Part shown: piece by piece, positions 5,990-13,989 of the stretch
Layout: every line of letters begins with the position of its first letter
Numbering within the stretch: the first letter of the stretch is position 1
Virus record (IMG/VR): IMGVR_UViG_3300045391_001644
Location: 1 to 34,041 of that record
Length of the DNA stretch: 34,041 bases
Strand: one strand, 5' to 3'
Source of the DNA: a virus
Translations under genes and position numbers: made by a program
Notes under the pieces: generated by a model
The model's input: only the letters and a program-made list of their open reading frames with translations
What the model was told of the DNA's origin: nothing
Databases searched by the model: none

Positions 5990-6331
5990 TTATTGTTTTT
6001 TTTCTAATTTGCCTTCGATATAACCGATCAGGCGATCTTGGTCTTTGTCTTGAAGGTTGCGGAAAAGCTCCAGGAGTTCTTTTTCCTGTGGGGTTTTCGG
6101 TGCCGCGACGTGTCCCGGCCCTTCTGTAATTTCAAGAGGGTGGACTTCAAAAACTTCAGCCAGGCGAAGCAATTTTGACCAGGACAGCTCCTGTTTTTGC
6201 AGTTCCAGTTTGCTGACAGTCTGCCCGTGCCAGCCCGGCCCGGCCTTTTCTGCGACATCACGGGTGGTCCAGCCGCGCGCTTCACGCAGTTCCTTGATGT
6301 AGTTTTTCGGATATTTTCCGGCGTTCCCCAT
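5990..6331 (-). CDS. CI-like XRE-family repressor
   Basis: Start at the Met of MGNAGKYPKNYIKELREARGWTTRDVAEKAG..QTVSKLELQKQELSWSKLLRLAEVFEV (HTH). It is divergent from the Cro-like gene across the operator cluster. No obvious SD, so the mRNA may be leaderless. Confidence 0.75.
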   Translation of the reverse strand: MGNAGKYPKNYIKELREARGWTTRDVAEKAGPGWHGQTVSKLELQKQELSWSKLLRLAEVFEVHPLEITEGPGHVAAPKTPQEKELLELFRNLQDKDQDRLIGYIEGKLEKKQ

Positions 6332-6346
6332 GACGAGACTAGCTGA

Positions 6347-6408
6347 CAACAAATTTTTGTCTTGTTCAGTCAATAATTTTTTGTCATGATGACAACAAAT
6401 CATTGTCA
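6347..6408. promoter_or_regulatory. Tripartite operator cluster (6347-6362, 6371-6386, 6393-6408) in the divergent CI/Cro promoter region
   Basis: The three sites are CAACAAATTTTTGTCT, CAATAATTTTTTGTCA and CAACAAATCATTGTCA, spaced 24 and 22 bp apart. The last sits within TGACAA-N7-TTGTCA dyad symmetry. Confidence 0.65.
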
Positions 6409-6413
6409 AACTC

Positions 6414-6788
6414 ATGAAAATATCCGAATACATACAGCTGAAATTCCAAGGAAACGTGTCTGCCGCTGCCCGTGATATGGGCAAGAAAAAGCAGACCGTC
6501 CAGCTTTGGGTTGATGGAACGATCCCGCGTAAAGGCGAGGTTGAGGCCATTTTCGTGTGGTCGGGCGGTGCAGTTCGACCCGATGATTTTTATTCCCTAC
6601 CCGAGTTATCGGCAGCCGCCGGTGAAGGCGACCAGGAGTTCCTTGGTCGCTTCGTTTCCCAAAAAACGATTGAGGAAGGTCGGGCCGCTGATGCCCCTGC
6701 GTTTTTCTCCAATGGCGCAGACCGGCAGACGCAGCCCGATCTTTTTCGATCGTCGCAAAAATCCACCCACGCGGAGGCTCAGTCATGA
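6414..6788 (+). CDS. Cro/YdaS-like HTH protein
   Basis: The N-terminus, GNVSAAARDMGKKKQTVQLWVDGTIPRKGEVEAIFVWSGGAVRPDDFY, matches the Cro/YdaS-type pattern. First gene of the rightward early operon. Confidence 0.65.
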   Translation: MKISEYIQLKFQGNVSAAARDMGKKKQTVQLWVDGTIPRKGEVEAIFVWSGGAVRPDDFYSLPELSAAAGEGDQEFLGRFVSQKTIEEGRAADAPAFFSNGADRQTQPDLFRSSQKSTHAEAQS

Positions 6789-6885
6789 GGCTCCCGAAAT
6801 CACTCAGTAAAATGTCCATTGGCTCTACATCCAGAGCATATTTCCCTAATCAACTCAAGACCTATTCCCTCAACAGGATTACCGC

Positions 6886-7107
6886 ATGGACCAAAAAGGC
6901 GTTGCCGATTTAAGGGAGAGTGCATTACGCGCCTGGCGCAGAACTCTCGCAAAAGACCCAAACCAAGCTGCGCAAGCTATCAGCGCAGTTGTGCGTGAAC
7001 TGCACGACTGCAAACAATTCAGTCCCTGGGATATCACGCGCTTTGTTTCGCAGATGAAAAACGGCGTCAACTGCCCCGGTGAATTCGGCGCAGGAAAGAG
7101 AGCGTAG
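6886..7107 (+). CDS. Hypothetical protein
   Basis: 73-aa ORF in the early operon, ending 2 nt before the next start codon. Confidence 0.5.
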   Translation: MDQKGVADLRESALRAWRRTLAKDPNQAAQAISAVVRELHDCKQFSPWDITRFVSQMKNGVNCPGEFGAGKRA

Positions 7108-7109
7108 AT

Positions 7110-7334
7110 ATGGCCGCGCAACAGCTGAGATCGCAAAGAACGGAACGGCTGTCACCCTATCGGTCACGCGCGTCAAAAGAAGTTTTCATTCCCTGCATGT
7201 GCTGCGGAAATGATTTCTGGTCATGGTGCAAAAAGAAAAACCGCCTCTGCACACCCTGCATCGAGCGCGGTTATCAGCCGAGTATAGACATCGTGCGCGA
7301 CGGCGCCGGCCGCCGTAAATCGGAGGAGCAATGA
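7110..7334 (+). CDS. Small zinc-ribbon protein
   Basis: 74 aa with a Cys cluster, CMCCGNDFWSWCKKKNRLCTPC. Its stop overlaps the primase gene start. Confidence 0.55.
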   Translation: MAAQQLRSQRTERLSPYRSRASKEVFIPCMCCGNDFWSWCKKKNRLCTPCIERGYQPSIDIVRDGAGRRKSEEQ

Positions 7335-8422
7335 GCCTCATGGAAATTTCAGAGATCGCAAAAATGCTCGCCGCCGATATCGACACGCTGGTGAGAATTC
7401 TTTTGCCAGCCGCGCGGATGGAAGGCCCGGAATGGCGCATCGGTTCCTGCGCCGGCGAACCCGGCCGCAGCATGGCGATCCACCGCCACGGCTCCAAGCG
7501 CGGATTGTGGTCAGATTTTTCCGATCGCGGCAAAGGCGGCGATGCTGTTGAGCTGGTCGCCCAGGTATTATTTGCCGGTGACAAAAAACTGGCGATCCAG
7601 TGGTCGCGCCGGCATCTCGGTCTTGACAAGCTCGACCCGAATGCGCTGAAGCAAACGCGCGCAAAAATAAAATCCCAAATCAAAACCGACGAAGAAAATG
7701 CAAGGGCGGCAGCTGCAAAACGTTCGCGCCTGGCGCAAGCCATCTGGCTCAGCGGCCGCGCGGATTTAGAAAACACACCTGTCGCGCTTTATCTTCTCGG
7801 TCGCGGCATCGGTCTCGGTGACCTGGCACGGCCGCCGGGCGCCCTGCGCTATGTCGCCTCCCTGGATTATCCCCCGTCTTTGAATGACGGATTGGTGACG
7901 AGCTGGCCGGCAATGGTTGCGGCGATCACCAACGGCCGCGGTGAACACATCGCCACGCACAGAACATTTCTGCATTCGCCGATGGGTGGCGTCGTTAAAA
8001 AGGCGCCGGTCAAAGATGCGAAGCTGACGCTCGGCTCATATCGCGGCGGATATATTCCGTTGAGCCGCGGTGCATCTGGCAAGTCGCTGAAAGATGCGCC
8101 GGCCGGCGACAAGGTCATCATCTGCGAAGGCATCGAGGACGGTCTTTCCCTGGCGTTAAGCCTGCCAGAATATCGTGTCCTGGCCGCGATCTCTGTCAGC
8201 AATTTCATGAACATCGATCTGCCGAAAAATATCAGCGAGGTCGTGATCGCAGCCGATAATGACGGCGAAGACACTCCCGCCGGCCGCGCCCTGCAGAGCG
8301 CGATTGACCGCTTCATCGACCAGGGCCGCGACGTGTTCGAGGCCCGCAGCCCGATCGGAAAAGATTTCAACGATGCGCTGACGGCCGAGGAGCTGCAGGA
8401 ACAACTTCAGGGGGCGATATGA
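7331..8422 (+). CDS. Toprim-domain primase-like protein
   Basis: VIICEGIEDGLSLA (Toprim Glu) and VVIAADNDGEDTPAGRAL (DxD). The N-terminal region GEPGRSMAIHRHGSKRGLWSDFSDRGKGGDAVELV is typical of P4-alpha-related primase N-domains. Confidence 0.75.
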   Translation: MSLMEISEIAKMLAADIDTLVRILLPAARMEGPEWRIGSCAGEPGRSMAIHRHGSKRGLWSDFSDRGKGGDAVELVAQVLFAGDKKLAIQWSRRHLGLDKLDPNALKQTRAKIKSQIKTDEENARAAAAKRSRLAQAIWLSGRADLENTPVALYLLGRGIGLGDLARPPGALRYVASLDYPPSLNDGLVTSWPAMVAAITNGRGEHIATHRTFLHSPMGGVVKKAPVKDAKLTLGSYRGGYIPLSRGASGKSLKDAPAGDKVIICEGIEDGLSLALSLPEYRVLAAISVSNFMNIDLPKNISEVVIAADNDGEDTPAGRALQSAIDRFIDQGRDVFEARSPIGKDFNDALTAEELQEQLQGAI

Positions 8423-8727
8423 AATTCCAAAAATTAAATGACAGGAAACCCGTCGAAGCGCCGCCGGTGCAAGAAAATACATCGGCGAAAAGCATCAAGA
8501 ATTTGGATCTGAAAGATTTCTGGGAAATTGTCCGCAAGCACGTCCGCGATCAATCGATCGATATTCTGCTGCAGCCGGCAGCGAACACCGTGAAATGGCA
8601 GATCGTCACCTGGCGCAACGGCGAATGGAATGTGTACATCCTCGATCGCATGACTGAGGAATACGCGAAAACAATCGCGTACAAAATCACTGAATTTTAT
8701 CAACTGACGAAGGGCGTGAATGTCTGA
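8419..8727 (+). CDS. Hypothetical protein
   Basis: 102-aa ORF whose start and stop overlap the flanking replication genes. Confidence 0.6.
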   Translation: MKFQKLNDRKPVEAPPVQENTSAKSIKNLDLKDFWEIVRKHVRDQSIDILLQPAANTVKWQIVTWRNGEWNVYILDRMTEEYAKTIAYKITEFYQLTKGVNV

Positions 8728-10513
8728 CGCTAAAGAAACGATCGCTACAGCGGTGAAGTCCGCGCCGAAAGCCCGCCGCAGCAAAAAAGACAAGCCGGCG
8801 GTTTCGCATGAGGATGCTTCTGCGCCCTATGACATCACGTTCCCGCCCGATTGCCCGATCGAGCCGCTGGGCATCAACGGCGATGATGTTTATTTCCTCG
8901 ATCAAAAACGCCAGCTGGCAGTTTTGAAATCCGACAAGCTCAACATGGGGACCATCCGCGCCCTGTTCGGTAATCTGCAGGAGCTGAAATATGCCTACTG
9001 GCCTCGCTTCTCAAAGCCGGACGAAAACGGGAGGTGTAAAGTGAACGGATGGCGGCCTGAACAGGCTGCCGATTGTTTGTATGCCGAGGCCTCGCGCAAA
9101 GGATTGTGGGATGTGCTTGAGCGTGTGCGCGGTCCCGGCTGCTGGCGCGATGCCGACGGCAAGCTGGTGATGCATTGCGGCGATCTGCTTTTCCATGATG
9201 GCCAAGCGATGACGCCGCGGCAGATCGGCCGTCATGTTTATCCGTCCGCGCCCGCCGGCCCGCACCCGATGATGAAGACGGCAACCACGAAAGAGATCGA
9301 GCAGCTGCTGACGCTGCTCAAGACCTGGTCGTGGCGCCGGCCGGATGTCGATCCGTATCTCCTCCTGGGATGGATCGGCGCATCGATCATGGGCGGCGCG
9401 CTGAAATGGCGGCCGCTGGTGTGGGTGACTGGCGACAAGGCGATGGGGAAATCCACGCTGCATGATGTCATCAAGGGCGTTCTCGGCCCCGGAGGTATTG
9501 TAAATTCGACGGATGCCACGGCCGCAGGCCTGTGGCAGACCGTCGGCCATGCTTCTATTCCTGTCGCGCTCGATGAAATTGAAGCTGAGCAGGATAATCG
9601 CAAAGCGCAAAACATCATCAAGCTCGCGCGCCAGGCGGCATCCGGCGGCCAGACATTGCGCGGTGGTTCCGATCATAAAAACGCATCGTTTACAGTGCGT
9701 TCATGCTTCCTGTTTTCCAGCATCCTGATCCCGCCGATGCTCGGCCAGGACATCAGCCGTATGGCCGTTCTGGAACTCGACAAGCTCCCCGAAAAAGCGA
9801 AGCCTCCAAGTTTAGATGAAAAAATGCTGGAGCAAATCGGCGCCGCCATCCGCGCGCGGATCATGCAGCAATGGGATCGCTTCCCTGATTTACTCCTCAC
9901 TTGGCAAACGCAGCTCGTCCAGGCCGGTCACTCCGGCCGTTCGGCCGATCAATTCGGCACGCTCCTCGCGTGCTACGACCTCCTGACCTCCGATTATGAG
10001 CCAGACACCGAAGCGAAAGAAAAATGGTCATTGCGCCTGGCGAAGCAAGGGCTGGCTGAATGCGAACAGGATATCGCCGACCATGAGCGTTGCATCTCGT
10101 ACCTCATGACCACGCAGCTCGATCTCTATCGATCGGGCGAACGCCGCACGGTAGGCAGCTGGATCATCCAGGCGGCCGGCAAGGATAAGGTTAATTACCA
10201 TACAAAAGATATCGAAGACGCCAACAAGGCGCTCGGCAATGTCGGGCTTATGGTCAAAGAATTATCAACCCGAGGCGCTAGCGGCGGGTTTAAATACCAT
10301 GTCCTCTACGTCGCAAATGACCATCAGGGCCTCGCCGGCCTATTCGCCAATTCACACTGGTCCGGCAACTCAGGGACCAATGGCGTCTGGGTCCAGGCGA
10401 TGCGGCGCGTCAAGGGCGCCCAGGCCGATCAGCAACGCTTCAACGGTCTCAAGAAACGCTGCACGGCCATCCCATTAACCGAAGTGATCGGAGCTGACGA
10501 TGAGAAAGAATAA
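8720..10513 (+). CDS. P4/D5-type (SF3) helicase-like replication ATPase
   Basis: 597 aa. Walker A in VWVTGDKAMGKSTL and Walker B in IPVALDEIE. It follows the primase gene, as in split P4-alpha-type replicases. Confidence 0.75.
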   Translation: MSDAKETIATAVKSAPKARRSKKDKPAVSHEDASAPYDITFPPDCPIEPLGINGDDVYFLDQKRQLAVLKSDKLNMGTIRALFGNLQELKYAYWPRFSKPDENGRCKVNGWRPEQAADCLYAEASRKGLWDVLERVRGPGCWRDADGKLVMHCGDLLFHDGQAMTPRQIGRHVYPSAPAGPHPMMKTATTKEIEQLLTLLKTWSWRRPDVDPYLLLGWIGASIMGGALKWRPLVWVTGDKAMGKSTLHDVIKGVLGPGGIVNSTDATAAGLWQTVGHASIPVALDEIEAEQDNRKAQNIIKLARQAASGGQTLRGGSDHKNASFTVRSCFLFSSILIPPMLGQDISRMAVLELDKLPEKAKPPSLDEKMLEQIGAAIRARIMQQWDRFPDLLLTWQTQLVQAGHSGRSADQFGTLLACYDLLTSDYEPDTEAKEKWSLRLAKQGLAECEQDIADHERCISYLMTTQLDLYRSGERRTVGSWIIQAAGKDKVNYHTKDIEDANKALGNVGLMVKELSTRGASGGFKYHVLYVANDHQGLAGLFANSHWSGNSGTNGVWVQAMRRVKGAQADQQRFNGLKKRCTAIPLTEVIGADDEKE

Positions 10514-10657
10514 CGCTCTCCGCGCAGTTAATTTCGTTGCAAATTCTGCCCTGGCCCCGACCCGTCGCGCCCTGCGCACGACCCGTTTTCCCCGCGCCCA
10601 TTCCCTTAAACCCTATGGATTTCATTCATTCCGAAAAAGTCAATCCGCTTTCTCAAC

Positions 10658-10924
10658 TGTCCCGCTGTCCCGGTCATTGTCCCGGTCATTGTCCCGGTGG
10701 TTTGTTTGCACCTTCAGCGGGTTAGGGAGATTGTCCCGCTGTCCCGGTCAACCTCTCACACATGCACACATGCACCTGCGCACACGGGGATGCAGCGGGA
10801 CATGCGGGACAGCGGGACAATTACGCCCTCTTTCTTCTTTTTCTGTTTTAAATCAGATGGTTAGAAAGATGAATGACTGTCCCGGCGTCTGTCCCGGTCT
10901 GTCCCGCCGATCATCGATGATCGG
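10658..10924. repeat. Heptamer iteron array: 12 x TGTCCCG (6 forward, 3 inverted, 3 forward) plus an 18-bp perfect palindrome
   Basis: Forward copies start at 10658, 10666, 10678, 10690, 10732 and 10740. Inverted CGGGACA copies start at 10796, 10805 and 10813. Further forward copies start at 10878, 10890 and 10900. Other elements: a CACACATG tandem at 10757-10772, an AT-rich stretch at 10828-10860, and the palindrome CCGATCATCGATGATCGG at 10907-10924. Confidence 0.9.
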
Positions 10925-10956
10925 AAAAACCAATAAAATATGGGGGTTTTATTATC

Positions 10957-11586
10957 ATGACTGACCTGGGCGGCGAGAAAATCGGGATTAACACGGCTGT
11001 AGCTGAGGCTATTGCGCAGAATGGCGGCGTCCAGGTGCCTAATTTCGTGGATGCCGAGCAGCTTTCGTTGATACCTTTACGGAAAGTCGAGGATGGGGCC
11101 GAAGCGGTTTCTAGGGGTTCTCTCGCGCGGGGTGTGGGGAGGCCTCCCGGCTCGAAAAACAGACGGACGCAGGAGATGGCGGATTACATCCTGTCGCGCT
11201 ACACATCGCCGCTGATCGCGCTGGCTGAAACCTACGCGCGTCCGGTTCAAGATTTGGCGAAGGAACTCGGCTGCGACAAACTGGAAGCGTTCAAGCTCCA
11301 GCTCGTCGCCGCGAAAGAGCTTGCGCCGTACCTGCATCAGAAACTCCCGATCGCCATCGACACGGGCGAGAAGGGATTGATCCACCTGACGATCAACGCC
11401 GGGACCGCCGCAGCAGCGCAGCAGGTCATCGACGACAACAGATTGCAGGTCAAATTCCTTGACGTAATCGATCAAAACGACATTGAACAAAATCAAGGGC
11501 TTAGCGAATTATCCGCGCCAAACTCTAACGGCTCAAACTCTAACGGCTCAACAGAAACGCCGGAAAATAAAGGGAAAGATGAATAG
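10957..11586 (+). CDS. Probable terminase small subunit
   Basis: Sits immediately upstream of the large terminase. Basic DNA-binding-like segment: GRPPGSKNRRTQEMADYILSRYTSPLIALAE. The C-terminal NSNGSNSNGS comes from a 15-bp tandem duplication. Confidence 0.55.
   Translation: MTDLGGEKIGINTAVAEAIAQNGGVQVPNFVDAEQLSLIPLRKVEDGAEAVSRGSLARGVGRPPGSKNRRTQEMADYILSRYTSPLIALAETYARPVQDLAKELGCDKLEAFKLQLVAAKELAPYLHQKLPIAIDTGEKGLIHLTINAGTAAAAQQVIDDNRLQVKFLDVIDQNDIEQNQGLSELSAPNSNGSNSNGSTETPENKGKDE
11521..11550 (-). repeat. 15-bp tandem (AACTCTAACGGCTCA x2) containing two inverted copies of the att-arm motif CGTTAGAGTT
   Basis: AACTCTAACG at 11521-11530 and 11536-11545 is the exact reverse complement of the 10-mer at 107-116 and 130-139. 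It lies inside the 3' end of the terS-like gene. Confidence 0.7.
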
Positions 11587-11788
11587 ACAACAGCAGATTG
11601 ACGATCAGCAAAATCGAGCATGGAATTTCGATCTCGATGCCATGCCAATCGGTCACTACGCCGAGGGCAAGCTGCGCAACGGCGGCGGCATCGTGCCTGT
11701 GTTCAAGTCATGGAACGGCGCGTTTCAAAACGTTTCGACGGCGGCGCGCATCGACAACCTCAGCGCCTGGAGGAAGCGATGCATCTGA
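11579..11788 (+). CDS. Small hypothetical protein bridging terS and terL
   Basis: 69 codons (MNRQQQIDDQQNRAWNFDLDAMPIGHYAEGKL..). The ATG overlaps the terS stop, and its own stop overlaps the TerL ATG at 11779. Confidence 0.45.
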   Translation: MNRQQQIDDQQNRAWNFDLDAMPIGHYAEGKLRNGGGIVPVFKSWNGAFQNVSTAARIDNLSAWRKRCI

Positions 11789-13248
11789 ATTTCGAGCCGC
11801 CCGGCCCGGTCGGCAAAGCGTTCATGGATTGCAGGTTCCCGGTGAAGTCGATCATGGGGCCGGTCGGCTCTGGCAAGACCAGCTGCCTGATGATGGACAC
11901 GATCAACGATGCCGCGCGGCAGCCACGCAGCAAGCTGGACGGTGTGCGGTATTCCAAGGCGCTATTCGTGCGGGAGACATTCCGCCAGCTGTACGGCACT
12001 ACAATCCCGTCCTGGTGGCAGTGGATGCCGAAAGAGGCCGGCGCATGGAAGGGCGGCGGCAACGAGGCCGGTCAGCATCACCTGCGGTTCCAGTTGCCCG
12101 ACGAGTCCATCGTTGACCTGGTGGTAATGTTCGAGGCTCTCGGCGAACAGAATGTCGAAGCCTTGTTCCGCGGTAAGGAATTCAATCTCCTGCGGCTCAA
12201 CGAGGCCGACACGCTGGTGCCGGACGTACTTTCGCAGGGCCTGATCCGCGTCATGCAGGGCCGATATCCGGGCGAGAAGCATGTCGATCCGAACCTGTGC
12301 GTGAAGAATGTCGCGCTCGATTACAACGCGCCTGACATCGACAATTACCTCTACATTCTCAACGAGGAAAACAAGCCAGAGAACTACGGCTTTTTCCGTC
12401 AGCCCGGCGGCCTTGATCCCAATGCCGAGAACCGCAAACGGGCAACGCTGGAGGCTTATCAGGCGATGGAGGCTGACCTGATCGCCCAGGGCCGCGAGGA
12501 CTTGGCGCGCCGGATGATCCATAACCAGTACGGCTATACGCGCGATGGTAAGCCGGTCTATCCCGAATACCGCGATGACTTCCACTGCGCCGGCGAGGAG
12601 CTGATGCCGATCGTTGACCTGGTCGTGCGGGTGGACTTCGACCAGGGGCTGCATCCTGCATGCACGTTTCGCCAGAACATGCCGAACGGTCAGCTCCGCA
12701 TCCTGGATGAGTTGTATTCCGAGGGCGGGGCTGTGGGCCTGACGGATGCTTTAAAGCGGCTGATCGGCACGGAAAAATATAGGGGCTGCCGGGTGTTGGG
12801 CGGGTTGTGCGATCCCTCTGCGGCCGCACGCGATGCCAACGATGCCGAGAGCTGGGTCGATTGCGTCAACCGGCTAATGAATTGGAGAGGCACGCAGCGT
12901 GTCAGGCTTGCGCCGACAAACGATCCTGAAAAACGTCAGAGCGCCGTGCGGTTTTATCTCCGGGCGACGGTCGGCGATGCCCGCCCTGGGCTTTTGATCT
13001 CGACCACCTGCCGCATTCTGCGCAAGGGTTTCAATTCGGATTTCCGCTTCAAGAAGAAAAGAATTTCAGGATCGGCACAGTACGACGAAAGTCCTGAAAA
13101 AAAATTCCCAGTTTCCGATGTGCATGACAGCGTCCAATACGGCGCCCTGGATAATGGCGGCTTCGAGGAGGTGGTGGGACGGGAGCAACGCCGGCAAGGG
13201 GGAATGGGTAGCAGGATGCGCACGGCAAAAGTGGAGGTGCGGTTATGA
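11779..13248 (+). CDS. terL: Terminase large subunit
   Basis: Walker A in IMGPVGSGKTSCLM and a Walker B-like FNLLRLNEAD. Start placed at MHLNFEPPG; the upstream 53 codons in the ORF track are Arg-rich and overlap the small ORF in another frame. Confidence 0.85.
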   Translation: MHLNFEPPGPVGKAFMDCRFPVKSIMGPVGSGKTSCLMMDTINDAARQPRSKLDGVRYSKALFVRETFRQLYGTTIPSWWQWMPKEAGAWKGGGNEAGQHHLRFQLPDESIVDLVVMFEALGEQNVEALFRGKEFNLLRLNEADTLVPDVLSQGLIRVMQGRYPGEKHVDPNLCVKNVALDYNAPDIDNYLYILNEENKPENYGFFRQPGGLDPNAENRKRATLEAYQAMEADLIAQGREDLARRMIHNQYGYTRDGKPVYPEYRDDFHCAGEELMPIVDLVVRVDFDQGLHPACTFRQNMPNGQLRILDELYSEGGAVGLTDALKRLIGTEKYRGCRVLGGLCDPSAAARDANDAESWVDCVNRLMNWRGTQRVRLAPTNDPEKRQSAVRFYLRATVGDARPGLLISTTCRILRKGFNSDFRFKKKRISGSAQYDESPEKKFPVSDVHDSVQYGALDNGGFEEVVGREQRRQGGMGSRMRTAKVEVRL

Positions 13249-13682
13249 TGAACGATCGCTCTCTGGAAATTTTCCGCAACTTCAAGCCACGCCCTTGCGA
13301 CGCCTGGTTCTTTGAAATCGACAGTGTGCGTCTGCAGCTGGAGCAACAGATTTTATTTTTCCCGGTAATGGCGCTGCCAAGTCTCGATAAACCCGTTGCG
13401 CTGTGCGGTGTCGTGCATGCTCACGGTGTCGGCGAAATGTGGATGGTGACGGGCGAAGGTTTCGAGAGAAAAGCGCCGGTGATCCGCGATCAGCAAAGAG
13501 GACTTTGCGCGGCCGCAGTTGTCGCTCTGAAATTGCATCGGCTGCACATGATGATTGAAAGCTCGCGCGATGACGCGAAAAAATGGGCTGAAGAATTAGG
13601 TTTCAGGTTCGAGCATGGACCTGTGAAAAGTTTGAGTGCGCGGAACAGTGACTTGGATATTTATCTTTGGGAAGGAAATTAA
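13245..13682 (+). CDS. Hypothetical protein (possibly acetyltransferase-like fold)
   Basis: 145-aa ORF with an ATGA overlap with terL. The ending LHRLHMMIESSRDDAKKWAEELGFRFE recalls the GNAT C-terminal motif, but the evidence is weak. Confidence 0.6.
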   Translation: MMNDRSLEIFRNFKPRPCDAWFFEIDSVRLQLEQQILFFPVMALPSLDKPVALCGVVHAHGVGEMWMVTGEGFERKAPVIRDQQRGLCAAAVVALKLHRLHMMIESSRDDAKKWAEELGFRFEHGPVKSLSARNSDLDIYLWEGN

Positions 13683-13683
13683 A

Positions 13684-13986
13684 ATGGCACAGACAGTAGC
13701 ATTAGTGGCGTCCGTTGCGAGCGCGGCAAGCTCGGCAAAATCATTATTGTCGAAACCGAGTAAGCCGAAAGAAGACCCTGCCACGGCTGCAGCGCAAAAG
13801 CGCCAGGCTGAACTGATAGAACAACAAAAATCTGCACAGCAACGCCTGCAGCTGCAGACCGATGAGCAGGAGGAAAAGTTGTCCGGCAATCTCGCCGCAC
13901 AACGTCGTGCGATCGCCGCGCGCCGGCGAGGCAGCACTTCGCTTTCTTTTTCCGGTCCCGGTTTAAAATCAACATTAGGAGCATAA
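13684..13986 (+). CDS. Small Ala/Gln-rich hypothetical virion-module protein
   Basis: Start at MAQTVALVAS.. via a TAAAATG junction with the previous gene. 100 aa. Confidence 0.55.
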   Translation: MAQTVALVASVASAASSAKSLLSKPSKPKEDPATAAAQKRQAELIEQQKSAQQRLQLQTDEQEEKLSGNLAAQRRAIAARRRGSTSLSFSGPGLKSTLGA

Positions 13987-13989
13987 GCC

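Noticed and set aside
6332-6550. N-terminal 73-codon extension of the CI-like repressor ORF (5990-6550)
   Set aside because: It would run through the operator/promoter cluster and antisense into the Cro-like gene. The sequence is Cys/Ser/Phe-rich and unlike HTH proteins. The internal Met at 6331 gives a standard roughly 114-aa repressor.
10658-10906. Possible CRISPR array
   Set aside because: The repeat unit is only 7-8 bp, spacing is irregular at 1-35 bp, the copies change orientation, and there are no cas genes. This is inconsistent with CRISPR repeat-spacer structure.
10500-10964. 154-aa (+) ORF, plus the nested 62-aa ORF 10537-10725, spanning the whole intergenic array
   Set aside because: Their sequences (SRSLSRSLSR, CPGHCPGHCPGG) are simply translations of the TGTCCCG repeats. 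Composition is Arg/Ser/Cys-rich, there is no RBS, and the ORF overlaps both flanking genes. It is a repeat artefact, not a gene.
11620-11778. Upstream 53-codon extension of the large terminase ORF
   Set aside because: It is Arg-rich junk-like sequence that overlaps a better small ORF in another frame. The ATG at 11779 gives a normal N-terminus about 25 aa before the Walker A motif and overlaps the preceding stop.
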